Below, piece after piece: positions 8,863 through 17,373 of a stretch of 64,000 nucleotides of DNA. Both the position numbers and the translations under genes were made by a program. Source of the stretch: a candidate division FCPU426 bacterium (lineage in GTDB: Bacteria > Oederibacteriota > JAAXVQ01 > JAUVAV01); the NCBI GenBank assembly GCA_040756875.1, contig JBFLYH010000002.1, positions 735,078-799,077 of the forward strand. The letters run 5' to 3'. A model generated the notes under the pieces. It saw nothing but the letters and a program-made list of their open reading frames with translations. It was not told where the DNA came from and searched no databases. How positions within the stretch are numbered: the stretch's first letter is position 1; every line of letters starts with the position of its first letter.

Positions 8863-9174
8863 TCAGCCCGCGCCCCCGCCGCTTTCAGAAGGAGGCGCGG
8901 ACGGCGTCCGGGCTTTATCTTCCATTTTCCGGCGGATGAGCTCGACCACCTGGCCGAGCTGGGTCACCTGTTTCAGATCCTCCTCGGAAAGACCCACGCC
9001 GTAGCGGCGCTCCAGGGTCACCAGGACCTCGAGCAGGGCCACGGAATCGATCTGCATGATCTGTTCCAGTGAACCGTCGAGCCGCACCTGGTCGGGGTCC
9101 ACTTCCAACACCTCGACCACGAGGTCCTTGATTTCCTGTTCCAGATTTTCGGGGATAGGTTTCTGCTCGGTCAT
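8863..9174 (-). CDS. Acyl carrier protein
   Basis: Acidic ~100-aa protein with phosphopantetheinylation motif QIDSVALLE. ATGA overlap with the stomatin gene stop. Confidence 0.9.
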   Translation of the reverse strand: MTEQKPIPENLEQEIKDLVVEVLEVDPDQVRLDGSLEQIMQIDSVALLEVLVTLERRYGVGLSEEDLKQVTQLGQVVELIRRKMEDKARTPSAPPSESGGGAG

Positions 9175-10031
9175 TTCTTCCCCGCCGTGGCTGAACTGAT
9201 CCGCTCAGCCAGGGGTTTCAGAAAACCAAGAAATTCCATGGGCAGAATGTACTTGGCCGCCGGGCTTTCGCCGAGCGCCTTCAGGGCCTCGAGATACTGC
9301 AGGCTGATGGTCTTGTCGTCGATGCGGTTGGCGGCCGCGAAGATTTTTTCCAGGGCCTGGGCATACCCCTCGGCCTTCAGGATCTGGGCCTGGCGTTCGC
9401 CCTCGGCCTGCAAAATCCGCGATTGCCGGTCGCCTTCGGCCACGGTGATGGAAAACTGCTTTTTACCGTCCGCTTCCAGCACCAGGGCGCGCCGGGTCCG
9501 CTCGGCGGCCATTTGCTTGTTCATGGCCTCCTGCACGTCGGCCGGCGGCTGGATCTCGCGGATTTCCACGGTCGTAACCTTGACGCCCCAGCGCTCGGTG
9601 ACTTCGTCCAGTTTGGCCCGCAGCACGCGGTTGATGTCCTCGCGCTTGGCCAGCACGTCGTCCAGGGGAATGTCGCCCACCACCGCGCGCAGCGTGGTCA
9701 TGGCGATGCCCTGCGCGGCGCCGGAGAAATTGCGCACTTGGACCACCGAGTGCACGGGGTTGGTCACCTTGAGGTAGATGAGGAAGTCGATGGCAATGGG
9801 CGCGTTGTCCTTGGTGATGCAGGTTTGGGAGGGGATCTCCAGGAAAATTTCCCGCAGATCGACGCTCACGACTTTATCGATGAACGGAATGATCACCACC
9901 AGGCCCGGCCCGAGCTGGCCCTTGCAGGCCCCCAGGCGGAAGAGCACCAGGCGCTGGTACTCGGGAACGATTTTCACCGCCATCATCACCAGCAGCACGG
10001 CGGCCGCAATCAACGTGGCATAGACACCCAT
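9171..10031 (-). CDS. SPFH / stomatin (band 7) family protein
   Basis: N-terminal TM, then RLVLFRLG...GPGL...ITKDNA...TTLRAVVG...WGVKVTTVEIREI and QMAAER. Confidence 0.95.
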   Translation of the reverse strand: MGVYATLIAAAVLLVMMAVKIVPEYQRLVLFRLGACKGQLGPGLVVIIPFIDKVVSVDLREIFLEIPSQTCITKDNAPIAIDFLIYLKVTNPVHSVVQVRNFSGAAQGIAMTTLRAVVGDIPLDDVLAKREDINRVLRAKLDEVTERWGVKVTTVEIREIQPPADVQEAMNKQMAAERTRRALVLEADGKKQFSITVAEGDRQSRILQAEGERQAQILKAEGYAQALEKIFAAANRIDDKTISLQYLEALKALGESPAAKYILPMEFLGFLKPLAERISSATAGKK

Positions 10032-10050
10032 GACAAGCCTCCCTGGAAAT

Positions 10051-11316
10051 TTATTCCGGCGCGACCGGCCGGACTTTCAGACGCAGTCCCTCGACTGCCT
10101 CGACCACCACGCGCTGGTTGGGCGCCAGCGGGCCGGACTCGCCCGTGGCCAGCCAGTCGTCGCCGGCCACGTGCACGATCACGCCGGCCATGGTTTTCGC
10201 CGTGACTACACCTTGGGCTCCGACCAGGCTTTCCGTACCCGAGATGGCCGGCCGCCGCCTGAGGCGCAGCGCCACCAGCGCGAACAGCATCACATAAGCC
10301 ACGGTCAGGCCGCTCATGGTCGCCAGCACCGACGTGGCCAACCGGAACGAGGGCAGGTCCGAGGGGAACAGCATGAACGATCCCAAAATCAGGGACACGG
10401 CGCCGCCCGCGGCCAAAATCCCGTGGCTCACGACGAATGCCTCCAGCACCAGCAGCACCGCGCCCAAGACCAGCAGGAGCAGGCCGGTGAGCGAGAGCGG
10501 CAGGCCTTCGAAACCCATAAGCGCCAAGAGCAGGCAGATGGCGCCCGCCACGCCGGGCAGGATCGCGCCCGGGCTCGCCAATTCGTAAATCAGCCCGTAC
10601 ACGCCCAGCAGAAACAATACGTACGTCAGATTCGGATTGGACAGGGCGTGCAGCAGCTCCTCGGTCGGCCGCACGGGCACGGGCTGCACCGGCCGGCCGG
10701 CAAGTTCCAGTTGCGGGTCCTTGGCCGCGATCTGCCGCAGCAGATCGTCGACGTCCGGGGCGATAAAATCCGCCACGCCCTGTTTGAGCGCCTCCTCGGC
10801 CGGCAAAGACAGGCTCTTGGTCACCATGCGGCCGGCCGCGTCTTCGTTGCGGCCGCGCCGGCGCGCCAGGCCGACCAGGTAGGCCGCTGCGTCGTTGGTG
10901 ATTTTGGCCGAGGCTTTCTTGCCCTGCAAATCCACCGGGTGCGCGGCGCCAAGGTTGGTGCCGGGCGTCATGGCCAGGTACGTGGCCGCTGCGCCGATGA
11001 AGGCCCCAGCTGAAGCCGCGCGGGCGCCGGCCGGATGCACGTACACCGCGGTGGGCACGGAGGCATTGAGCAGGCTCTTGGTGATGCGCCGCATGGAGGG
11101 ATCCAGGCCGCCCGGCGTGTCCAGAACGAGCAGCACCAGCGCGGCGTCAGCCTTGTGGGCGCGGGCCAGGCCCCGTTCCACGTATCGGGCCAAAATCGGG
11201 TCGATGATGCCTTCCACGTCCAGCCGTATCACCGGTCCGGCGGCCGCCTGGGCCCACCCCGGGAAACCGGCCATAATCAAGGCTATAGCTGCGATCCATC
11301 CCCGTTGTGTTCGCAC
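10051..11316 (-). CDS. nfeD: NfeD-family membrane-bound serine protease (long form)
   Basis: Signal peptide, LDTPGG, AASAG, GAAHPV, a TM bundle and a C-terminal OB-like region. Start at GTG 11316 behind AGGGG; the ORF-track start 11367 lies inside the promoter. Confidence 0.92.
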   Translation of the reverse strand: MRTQRGWIAAIALIMAGFPGWAQAAAGPVIRLDVEGIIDPILARYVERGLARAHKADAALVLLVLDTPGGLDPSMRRITKSLLNASVPTAVYVHPAGARAASAGAFIGAAATYLAMTPGTNLGAAHPVDLQGKKASAKITNDAAAYLVGLARRRGRNEDAAGRMVTKSLSLPAEEALKQGVADFIAPDVDDLLRQIAAKDPQLELAGRPVQPVPVRPTEELLHALSNPNLTYVLFLLGVYGLIYELASPGAILPGVAGAICLLLALMGFEGLPLSLTGLLLLVLGAVLLVLEAFVVSHGILAAGGAVSLILGSFMLFPSDLPSFRLATSVLATMSGLTVAYVMLFALVALRLRRRPAISGTESLVGAQGVVTAKTMAGVIVHVAGDDWLATGESGPLAPNQRVVVEAVEGLRLKVRPVAPE

Positions 11317-11347
11317 GGCAACACCCCTGGGCAGCGAGGATAATAGT

Positions 11348-11385
11348 GAATAATAGCATATTTTCAAGGGATCGCCAAAACGTAT
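11348..11385 (-). promoter_or_regulatory. Sigma70-like promoter, copy 2 (upstream of nfeD-stomatin-ACP-KS-CLF)
   Basis: Minus strand reads ATACGTT-TTGGCG-17 nt-TATTAT with TG extended -10. Near-identical to 6254-6291. Confidence 0.75.
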
Positions 11386-11395
11386 TGGCGGGCGC

Positions 11396-11716
11396 TCAGT
11401 GCAGCTTGATCTGATGCTCCTCGGGGCCGGCTGCGGCTTCCTTGATTTCGCCGAACACCTGCTCGTAGCGCGTGACGTTTTCGGACAGGGCGCGCAGGAA
11501 CCGCTTGGTGTGCCCGGGCGAACTGATGACGCGCGCCCGCACTTTGGCTTTGGGCTGCTGGGGCTGGACGAAGATGAAATCCATCACGAACTCCGTAGCG
11601 TTGTGGGCAACCAGGGCCAGGTTGACGTAGGCGCCCTGCGACGTGGCCTCGTCGATCTCCACCTGGAGCTGCAGCCCCTGCTGCGCAGGGGTTTCGGGGG
11701 TTTTGGGTTTGTTCAT
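11396..11716 (-). CDS. DUF3467 family protein
   Basis: GAYVNLALVAHNATEFVMDF...ARVISSPGHTKRFLRALSENVTRYEQVFGEI matches the family pattern as I recall it. Confidence 0.85.
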   Translation of the reverse strand: MNKPKTPETPAQQGLQLQVEIDEATSQGAYVNLALVAHNATEFVMDFIFVQPQQPKAKVRARVISSPGHTKRFLRALSENVTRYEQVFGEIKEAAAGPEEHQIKLH

Positions 11717-11717
11717 G

Positions 11718-14700
11718 TCATTGTCCTCCTGGGACGCGATAAATGCGCACGCCCTGCTGGTCGTAGACCAGGTCCAGCAGGCGGCTGAATTTTTCCAGAC
11801 CCGCGCCAGAATAGGCGCGCCGCTCGTTCTCGCCCACGAACACGTATTTGACGCGGTAGCGCCGCATGAGCTTCAGCGCCTGGCCCACATCCAGCGTGGA
11901 ATAAATCGTATCCGCGTCGCGCGTGTGGCTTGCGGTCAGTTCGGGATGGTAGCGCATCTGCTCTTCCTGCCCCACCCAGCCGATCAGGGTGGGCAGGCCG
12001 GTGAAAATCGCCACGCGCGTGTCGAAGCAATTGTACCCCCGCACGCCCGGCGCTTCCAGCACCACCTCCGTGCGGTCCACATTCTGCCGCAGCCACTCCA
12101 GGGCCGGGGCCTCGCTGCTGAGCAGGTTCCGCAGGTAGGCGAAGCCGTCGAGGGTCGGCCGCTTGAAAGCGGAGCATAGCCGCATGCGGTCGTAGACCGA
12201 CACCGGCGCGTACAGGGCCGCCACCAGGACCACGGCCGCCAGCACGCCGGCCCAGACGGCGCGGGACCACGCCGGCCTCGGCCAGAGCGCCCAGGCCAGG
12301 GGCGCGCCCAAGAGGCTCGCCGCCAGAACCCACGCCAGCCAGGGCCAGCTTTCGGTTTCCTGGAAATAATTGGCCGCGGCCCACAAGGCGAGCACGCCCA
12401 GGCCCAGCAGCAACAGCCGCCACCAGCGGCCGCGGCCGAACAGTTCCTGCCAGCGCTTCCCTTCCTCGCGGGTGCCGGGGAAAAGCCGGGCCAGCAGGCT
12501 GGCGGCCACCAGGGCGAAATAAATCCATACCACCATGTAGAACTTGAACACTGTGTTCATGCGGCTCATGTCGCCGCCCACGCCCATGAAGTCGCGGACG
12601 TGCACCAGCTCGCAGCCCCAGACCACGGCCAGGCCCAGCACGGCCAGCAGCATGGTCAGGCGCAGTTGCGGCGAGAGCGGCTGCCAGCCCAGGCTGTACA
12701 CAGCGGCCAGCAGCAGGAGCGAAAGCACGGCCAGCAGGACCTGGTCGAACATCAGCAACACCACGAGGACCACCAATCCGGAGAGCGCGGCGTACAGGGC
12801 CAGGGGATGCCTGGCCCACACCGTGGCGGCCACGCGCTGCAGGCGCTCCCACCAGGCCAGGCGCGACCGGCTGGCCCAGCCCCACTGCTTCAGCTGGCGC
12901 TGGGCCTGGGGCACGAGCTGCTGGGCCCAAAAAGTGACGGCCAGGAACACCACCAGCCCGAAAAATTCCAAAAACTCCTTGAGGGGCGTGCGCACCGCCG
13001 GATTGACCCAGGCCAAAGAGGTGGATTGCGGTTTGAAGTTCCAATGGAAGAAAAACATCAGCGCCAGGCCGCCCACCACCAGACGCAGCCAGGCCAGGCC
13101 CGCCTCGCCCAGTTCGGCCCAGGGGAAGACGCGCGCCGCGCGGCCCTTGCGTTCCTGGAAGGTTTTAGCCGCCAGCACGCCCAGGCACAGCAGGGCGTAG
13201 GGCGGGAAATTCCAGGTGTTAATCGCGGACAGGGCGCCGAGCGTCAAGGCGGTCACGAAGAAGGCCAGCCCGCGCTCCGTGCCCGTGCGCCCCGGCGCCT
13301 CCAGGAGCAGGCTGCGCTCGCGCGAGGGCGAGAGCAGGTTCATGCCCCAGGCGATCAGTGGCAGGGAGTACGGCATGGCAATAATGTGCGCGTGCAGATC
13401 GCCGTACAGGAACGAGAACCAGGGCATCTCGTTGATGGTGCCCTTGATAAGGCGCGTCGGATTCCAGATGAATTCGAACCGCCCCGCGTGGCGCAGGGCA
13501 TCGCCGAACGTGCGGCCCAGGTTGGTGAAGATATCGCCCACGTGCCAGGCGCGGTTGAACGGCTCCATCAGGTAGAAGAAGGTGTGCAGGTTGCCGGCGA
13601 GCATGGCCGCCCCGGCCGCAACCAGGCCCCAGCGCCGCTTGCCCGTCAGCGCCAGGCCCAGGCCGTACACGCCCGTGAACGTCAAGGCAAACAGCAGGGA
13701 CAGGCAGATCTGATACGACCACTGCGGCGGCACGCCGATCAGCTTGGCCAAAATGCCCAGGATCATCTGGCCGTAATAATAATAGTTGATGGAATAGCCG
13801 GACAGCCACGGATCATAGGGCGGAAAGTGCAGGCTGTGGTACACCGCGGAGAGGAAGGTCACGCCCATGGGCTCGCCGCCGCCGTTGTAGCCCTGGCCGT
13901 AGGGGTTCTTGATGTCCGGATTGTACAGCTTGGTCAGCAGATACAGGACAAAGACCGCCAGAAAAACCGCTTCAGCGACCAGCCACTCCCGGCCGCGCAG
14001 GCGCAGGAACTCGCGGATCTCGACGCGCCGGTGGTAGGCCCACAGCAGCGAGGCGCCGGCCAACAGCAGCAGCACCAGGGCCGAGGTGCCCTGCAGGTGC
14101 CGGGCCAGTCCCGCGGAGACCAGCATCCACACCACCCAGGTGAACACCAGGGTGCCGATGATTTTCGCCAGGGCCAGCCCCGAGTCCGGCAGCCGCGGAA
14201 ACAGGCTCAGGCACAACGGCAGGGCCAGGAGGCCGATGAACTCCACCAGGAGCAGCCAGGCCAGGCTCGCGGTGAAACCGTTGAGCCGGCCCAGCACGAA
14301 CACCGGGCGGCCCTGGGGTTCCCCGATGTTGGCGTTGACCACCGTGGGCAGTTCGCCCGCCGCAGGTTTGACGGCCGCCGGTTTCGGCGCCTGAACGCGG
14401 GCCGGGACTTTTTCGGCCACACGGCGCTGGATCTCGACCACGCGCTCGTCCAGGCGCCGCGCCTGCTCTTCGGGCGCGAGCGGCGGGGATTGCCGCCGGA
14501 AAAGATACACGTGCGGATGGTCGTAGAGCGTGAAACTTTCGTCCGCCGCGTCGTCCGCGAATTCGCGGCCGAAGAGCGAGGGATAATTCTTGAACTCCGC
14601 CGCCAGCTTGAATCCCAGCCGCCCCTCGAACATCAGCTCGTAGTACGCCGCGTTGATAGGGTAGCGCTCGGGCAGGCGGCGGTACACCGCGTGCGCCCGG

Positions 14701-16349
14701 GTGTCGGCCATGACGATCAGGTCGTTGGCCGCGAGCGCCTGCAGGATCATCTCGCGCTTGCGCGGGGTGTCCGGCTCCTGGATGGCCAGCTTGTTCATGC
14801 GGAAAGCCTTGGGCGTGAGCCCGGGCACGTGCGTGGGCAGGTCGTCGCCCCATTCCTCGTTGAGAACGGCCAGGGGCCGGGCCAGGCCGTTTTCCTGGAC
14901 CATGGCCGGCAGCTCCTGCTGGATCCACCGGCTGGCCGCGATCCAGGGGTGCTCGTGCCGGTAAATGGAGGTGAACGCCAGGGCCCACAACACGGTTCCG
15001 GCCAGCGCCAGGCCGATGATCGCCGCGGCCGCCTGTTTCGGCCAGCCGGTTGGGAGCCGCTGCCTGAGGCTTAGTAAAGCGTGGCTGGCCAGCAGGGCGA
15101 AGACCGGGGTCAGGGGCAGCAGGTAGCGGTTGAACTTGGCGAAGGACACGCCGATCAGGCCGAAATAGACCAGCGCGAACCCCAGGACGATCCACCAGGA
15201 CCCGTGGCGCAGCAGCAACGCGCGCAAGGCCTGCCACTGGCGCCGGAACGCCAGGCGCGCGGACTGAACGACACCGATCGCCGGATACGCCGCAAAAGCC
15301 AGCAAGCCCGCCAGACCCAGGGTCCAGCCCACGGTGTACATGAGCAGCTGCTTGATGAAATATATGTAGGGAAGGGTCTTGAGGTATTGGCGGTTGTAGG
15401 GCACGTCCGCCACGCCGGTCACCAAGATCCGGCGCTGCTCGTTCTGGTTGGTCCAGAACTTGTCCCAGTCCAGGAGCGCGTGCGGCATGGCCAGGAAAAA
15501 ACTGAGCGCCCCTGCGCCCACGGCCCAGGCCAGGTCCTGCCAGCGTTGCCGGCGGGCGGCGGGCGGGGCCTGCAGCAGGCCGAAGCCGTGGCCCAGGATG
15601 ACCGATACCGCCAGGGGCGCGGCGCTGGTCTTGGTGGCCGCGGCCAGGCCCAGGAAGACGCCGGTCAGAACATAGGCCTTGCGGCCGCCCTCGCTGGCCA
15701 GGCGCACGGACCAGTACAGCGTGGCAGCCACCAGAAACCCGAGGGGCACGTCCACCACAAAGAAGCGCGCCATTTGGACATTGAGAACCGTGAAAGAGAG
15801 AAACGCCGCGGCCAGGAGCCCGACCCAGGTGCCCTGCCCGCGGGGCGCGAGCCGGCGGCCCAGTAAAAACGTGAACACGATCGTGCCCAGGTCAAAAAAC
15901 CCGGAAAGCATGCGGCCGGCCCAGATCACGAAGCGGTTGGAATCAAAATGGCCGAACCAGCCGGCCACCGTGCTCACTGCGTCTTTGATCATCGCCAGCA
16001 CGTACATGGGGAACGTGCCGTACTGCAGGCCCGTGGGTTCCTGGGGGTAGGAGAGCTGGCTGACCACTCCGAAGATCCAGCGTTCGTCCGGGTGGAACTG
16101 GCGGTCCACGTACCAATCCGGCCGCAGGAAGCGCAGCAGCGCGGCCGCGAGCAGGATGGCGGCCAGCCACAGCCATTCCGGCTGGGCCTCCAGTTGGGCG
16201 CGCCAGCGGTTCCAAACCGCCAGGATGCGGCTGCGTTGTTGGTCCCACCATCCGGCCGGTTTGCGGGCCGGCCGGGGACGCGCTTTATGGACAGACCGGG
16301 GACGCGTTTTGCGGACTGCGCGGGATTTGACTGGGCGGCGGCTGGGCAT
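11718..16349 (-). CDS. Large polytopic GT-C protein: PMT_2/GT39-like domain fused to DUF2298 (YYY) domain
   Basis: N-half QFHPDERWI...GRMLSG..DLGT...FFVVD. C-half GGEPM...FPPYDPWLSGYSINYYYYGQ, TINEMPWFSFLYGDLHAH, RMNTVFKFY, TGLPTLIGW. Confidence 0.85.
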   Translation of the reverse strand: MPSRRPVKSRAVRKTRPRSVHKARPRPARKPAGWWDQQRSRILAVWNRWRAQLEAQPEWLWLAAILLAAALLRFLRPDWYVDRQFHPDERWIFGVVSQLSYPQEPTGLQYGTFPMYVLAMIKDAVSTVAGWFGHFDSNRFVIWAGRMLSGFFDLGTIVFTFLLGRRLAPRGQGTWVGLLAAAFLSFTVLNVQMARFFVVDVPLGFLVAATLYWSVRLASEGGRKAYVLTGVFLGLAAATKTSAAPLAVSVILGHGFGLLQAPPAARRQRWQDLAWAVGAGALSFFLAMPHALLDWDKFWTNQNEQRRILVTGVADVPYNRQYLKTLPYIYFIKQLLMYTVGWTLGLAGLLAFAAYPAIGVVQSARLAFRRQWQALRALLLRHGSWWIVLGFALVYFGLIGVSFAKFNRYLLPLTPVFALLASHALLSLRQRLPTGWPKQAAAAIIGLALAGTVLWALAFTSIYRHEHPWIAASRWIQQELPAMVQENGLARPLAVLNEEWGDDLPTHVPGLTPKAFRMNKLAIQEPDTPRKREMILQALAANDLIVMADTRAHAVYRRLPERYPINAAYYELMFEGRLGFKLAAEFKNYPSLFGREFADDAADESFTLYDHPHVYLFRRQSPPLAPEEQARRLDERVVEIQRRVAEKVPARVQAPKPAAVKPAAGELPTVVNANIGEPQGRPVFVLGRLNGFTASLAWLLLVEFIGLLALPLCLSLFPRLPDSGLALAKIIGTLVFTWVVWMLVSAGLARHLQGTSALVLLLLAGASLLWAYHRRVEIREFLRLRGREWLVAEAVFLAVFVLYLLTKLYNPDIKNPYGQGYNGGGEPMGVTFLSAVYHSLHFPPYDPWLSGYSINYYYYGQMILGILAKLIGVPPQWSYQICLSLLFALTFTGVYGLGLALTGKRRWGLVAAGAAMLAGNLHTFFYLMEPFNRAWHVGDIFTNLGRTFGDALRHAGRFEFIWNPTRLIKGTINEMPWFSFLYGDLHAHIIAMPYSLPLIAWGMNLLSPSRERSLLLEAPGRTGTERGLAFFVTALTLGALSAINTWNFPPYALLCLGVLAAKTFQERKGRAARVFPWAELGEAGLAWLRLVVGGLALMFFFHWNFKPQSTSLAWVNPAVRTPLKEFLEFFGLVVFLAVTFWAQQLVPQAQRQLKQWGWASRSRLAWWERLQRVAATVWARHPLALYAALSGLVVLVVLLMFDQVLLAVLSLLLLAAVYSLGWQPLSPQLRLTMLLAVLGLAVVWGCELVHVRDFMGVGGDMSRMNTVFKFYMVVWIYFALVAASLLARLFPGTREEGKRWQELFGRGRWWRLLLLGLGVLALWAAANYFQETESWPWLAWVLAASLLGAPLAWALWPRPAWSRAVWAGVLAAVVLVAALYAPVSVYDRMRLCSAFKRPTLDGFAYLRNLLSSEAPALEWLRQNVDRTEVVLEAPGVRGYNCFDTRVAIFTGLPTLIGWVGQEEQMRYHPELTASHTRDADTIYSTLDVGQALKLMRRYRVKYVFVGENERRAYSGAGLEKFSRLLDLVYDQQGVRIYRVPGGQ

Positions 16350-16352
16350 GGA

Positions 16353-17225
16353 CTATTTCAGATACAGGATGAGCCCCACGGTCAGGACCCACAACAGGAT
16401 CGCCACGATCATGGGCCGGTCGCGCAGCAGGATCATCTCAGGCGCGCCGCCCTGGTTTTTCTGGTAGACGAGATAAAGATAGCGAAGCACGCCGTAAAGC
16501 ACGAACGGCACGGTGAGCATCAGTGAGCGGTAATCCTGGGCCGTGGCCGACGTGGCGGCGTAGAGGCAGTAGGCGATGATCGTGGCCGAAGCCACCACGC
16601 CCATGATCTGGTCGAGTAGCTGGGCGGAATATTCGCCCAGGGAACGGCGGTGCTGGGTCGCTTTCTCCCCCAGCACCAGGAGTTCGTGGCGGCGTTTGGC
16701 GAAGCCGAGGAACAGCGAGAGCAGCGTGGTCACGATCAGGAGCCAGCTGGAAATCGGCACCTGGATCAGCCAGGCGCCGGCCGCAGCGCGCAGCACGAAG
16801 CCCGCGGTCACGGTAAAGACATCGAGCAGCACCGCGTGCTTCAGGCCTAGGGAGTAGGCCGCGTTCAGCCCCAGGTACAGCAGCACCACGCCGAGCATGA
16901 GAGGCGAAAGGGCCGCGCTCCAGGCCAGGCTGATTGCCAGCAAAACAAAAGCGCCGGTCACGGCCGCCCGGGGCGAGATGGCTTTGGACGCCAGGGGCCG
17001 GTTTTTCTTCTGGGGATGGAGCCGGTCGCCGGGCATGTCCCGCCAGTCGTTGAAGATGTACACCACGCCGGCTGCCAGGCAGAAAATGACGAACAATTGC
17101 AACACTTGCAGCAATTTCGCGGCGTCGAACAGGTTGGCGGAAAACACCAGGCCCGCGAACACCACCAGGTTTTTCGTCCACTGTTTGGGCCGGATGAGCT
17201 GCAGGAACGCTTTCAGACCGCGCAT
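16353..17225 (-). CDS. UbiA-family decaprenyl-phosphate phosphoribosyltransferase-like protein
   Basis: RPKQWTKN, YIFNDWRD, DRLHPQKKNRPLAS, YSLGLKH, GFVLR, KRRHEL. Confidence 0.9.
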   Translation of the reverse strand: MRGLKAFLQLIRPKQWTKNLVVFAGLVFSANLFDAAKLLQVLQLFVIFCLAAGVVYIFNDWRDMPGDRLHPQKKNRPLASKAISPRAAVTGAFVLLAISLAWSAALSPLMLGVVLLYLGLNAAYSLGLKHAVLLDVFTVTAGFVLRAAAGAWLIQVPISSWLLIVTTLLSLFLGFAKRRHELLVLGEKATQHRRSLGEYSAQLLDQIMGVVASATIIAYCLYAATSATAQDYRSLMLTVPFVLYGVLRYLYLVYQKNQGGAPEMILLRDRPMIVAILLWVLTVGLILYLK

Positions 17226-17259
17226 GGAAATTCCTTGAAATAAGGGGATTTTAAGGCAA

Positions 17260-17289
17260 ATGGTATCATTCAGAGGCGCGGGGTGTCAA
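17260..17289 (-). promoter_or_regulatory. Putative sigma70 promoter of the ubiA-GT-C-DUF3467 unit
   Basis: Minus strand TTGACA-18 nt-TACCAT with TG extended -10. Confidence 0.55.
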
Positions 17290-17321
17290 GGCGGATTGCC
17301 TGTCCTGCCCCGGTTGCCCAG

Positions 17322-17356
17322 AAAAAAGCCCCGGCCGCAGGAACACGGCCGGGGCT
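17322..17356 (-). terminator. Rho-independent terminator
   Basis: Minus strand AGCCCCGGCCG-TGTTCCTG-CGGCCGGGGC followed by TTTTTT, just after the stop at 17374. Confidence 0.85.
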
Positions 17357-17373
17357 TGAATCGCAGAGGAATA

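Noticed and set aside
12600-15074. 824-aa plus-strand ORF
   Set aside because: Antisense shadow of the GT-C gene in GC-rich DNA; no recognisable motifs.
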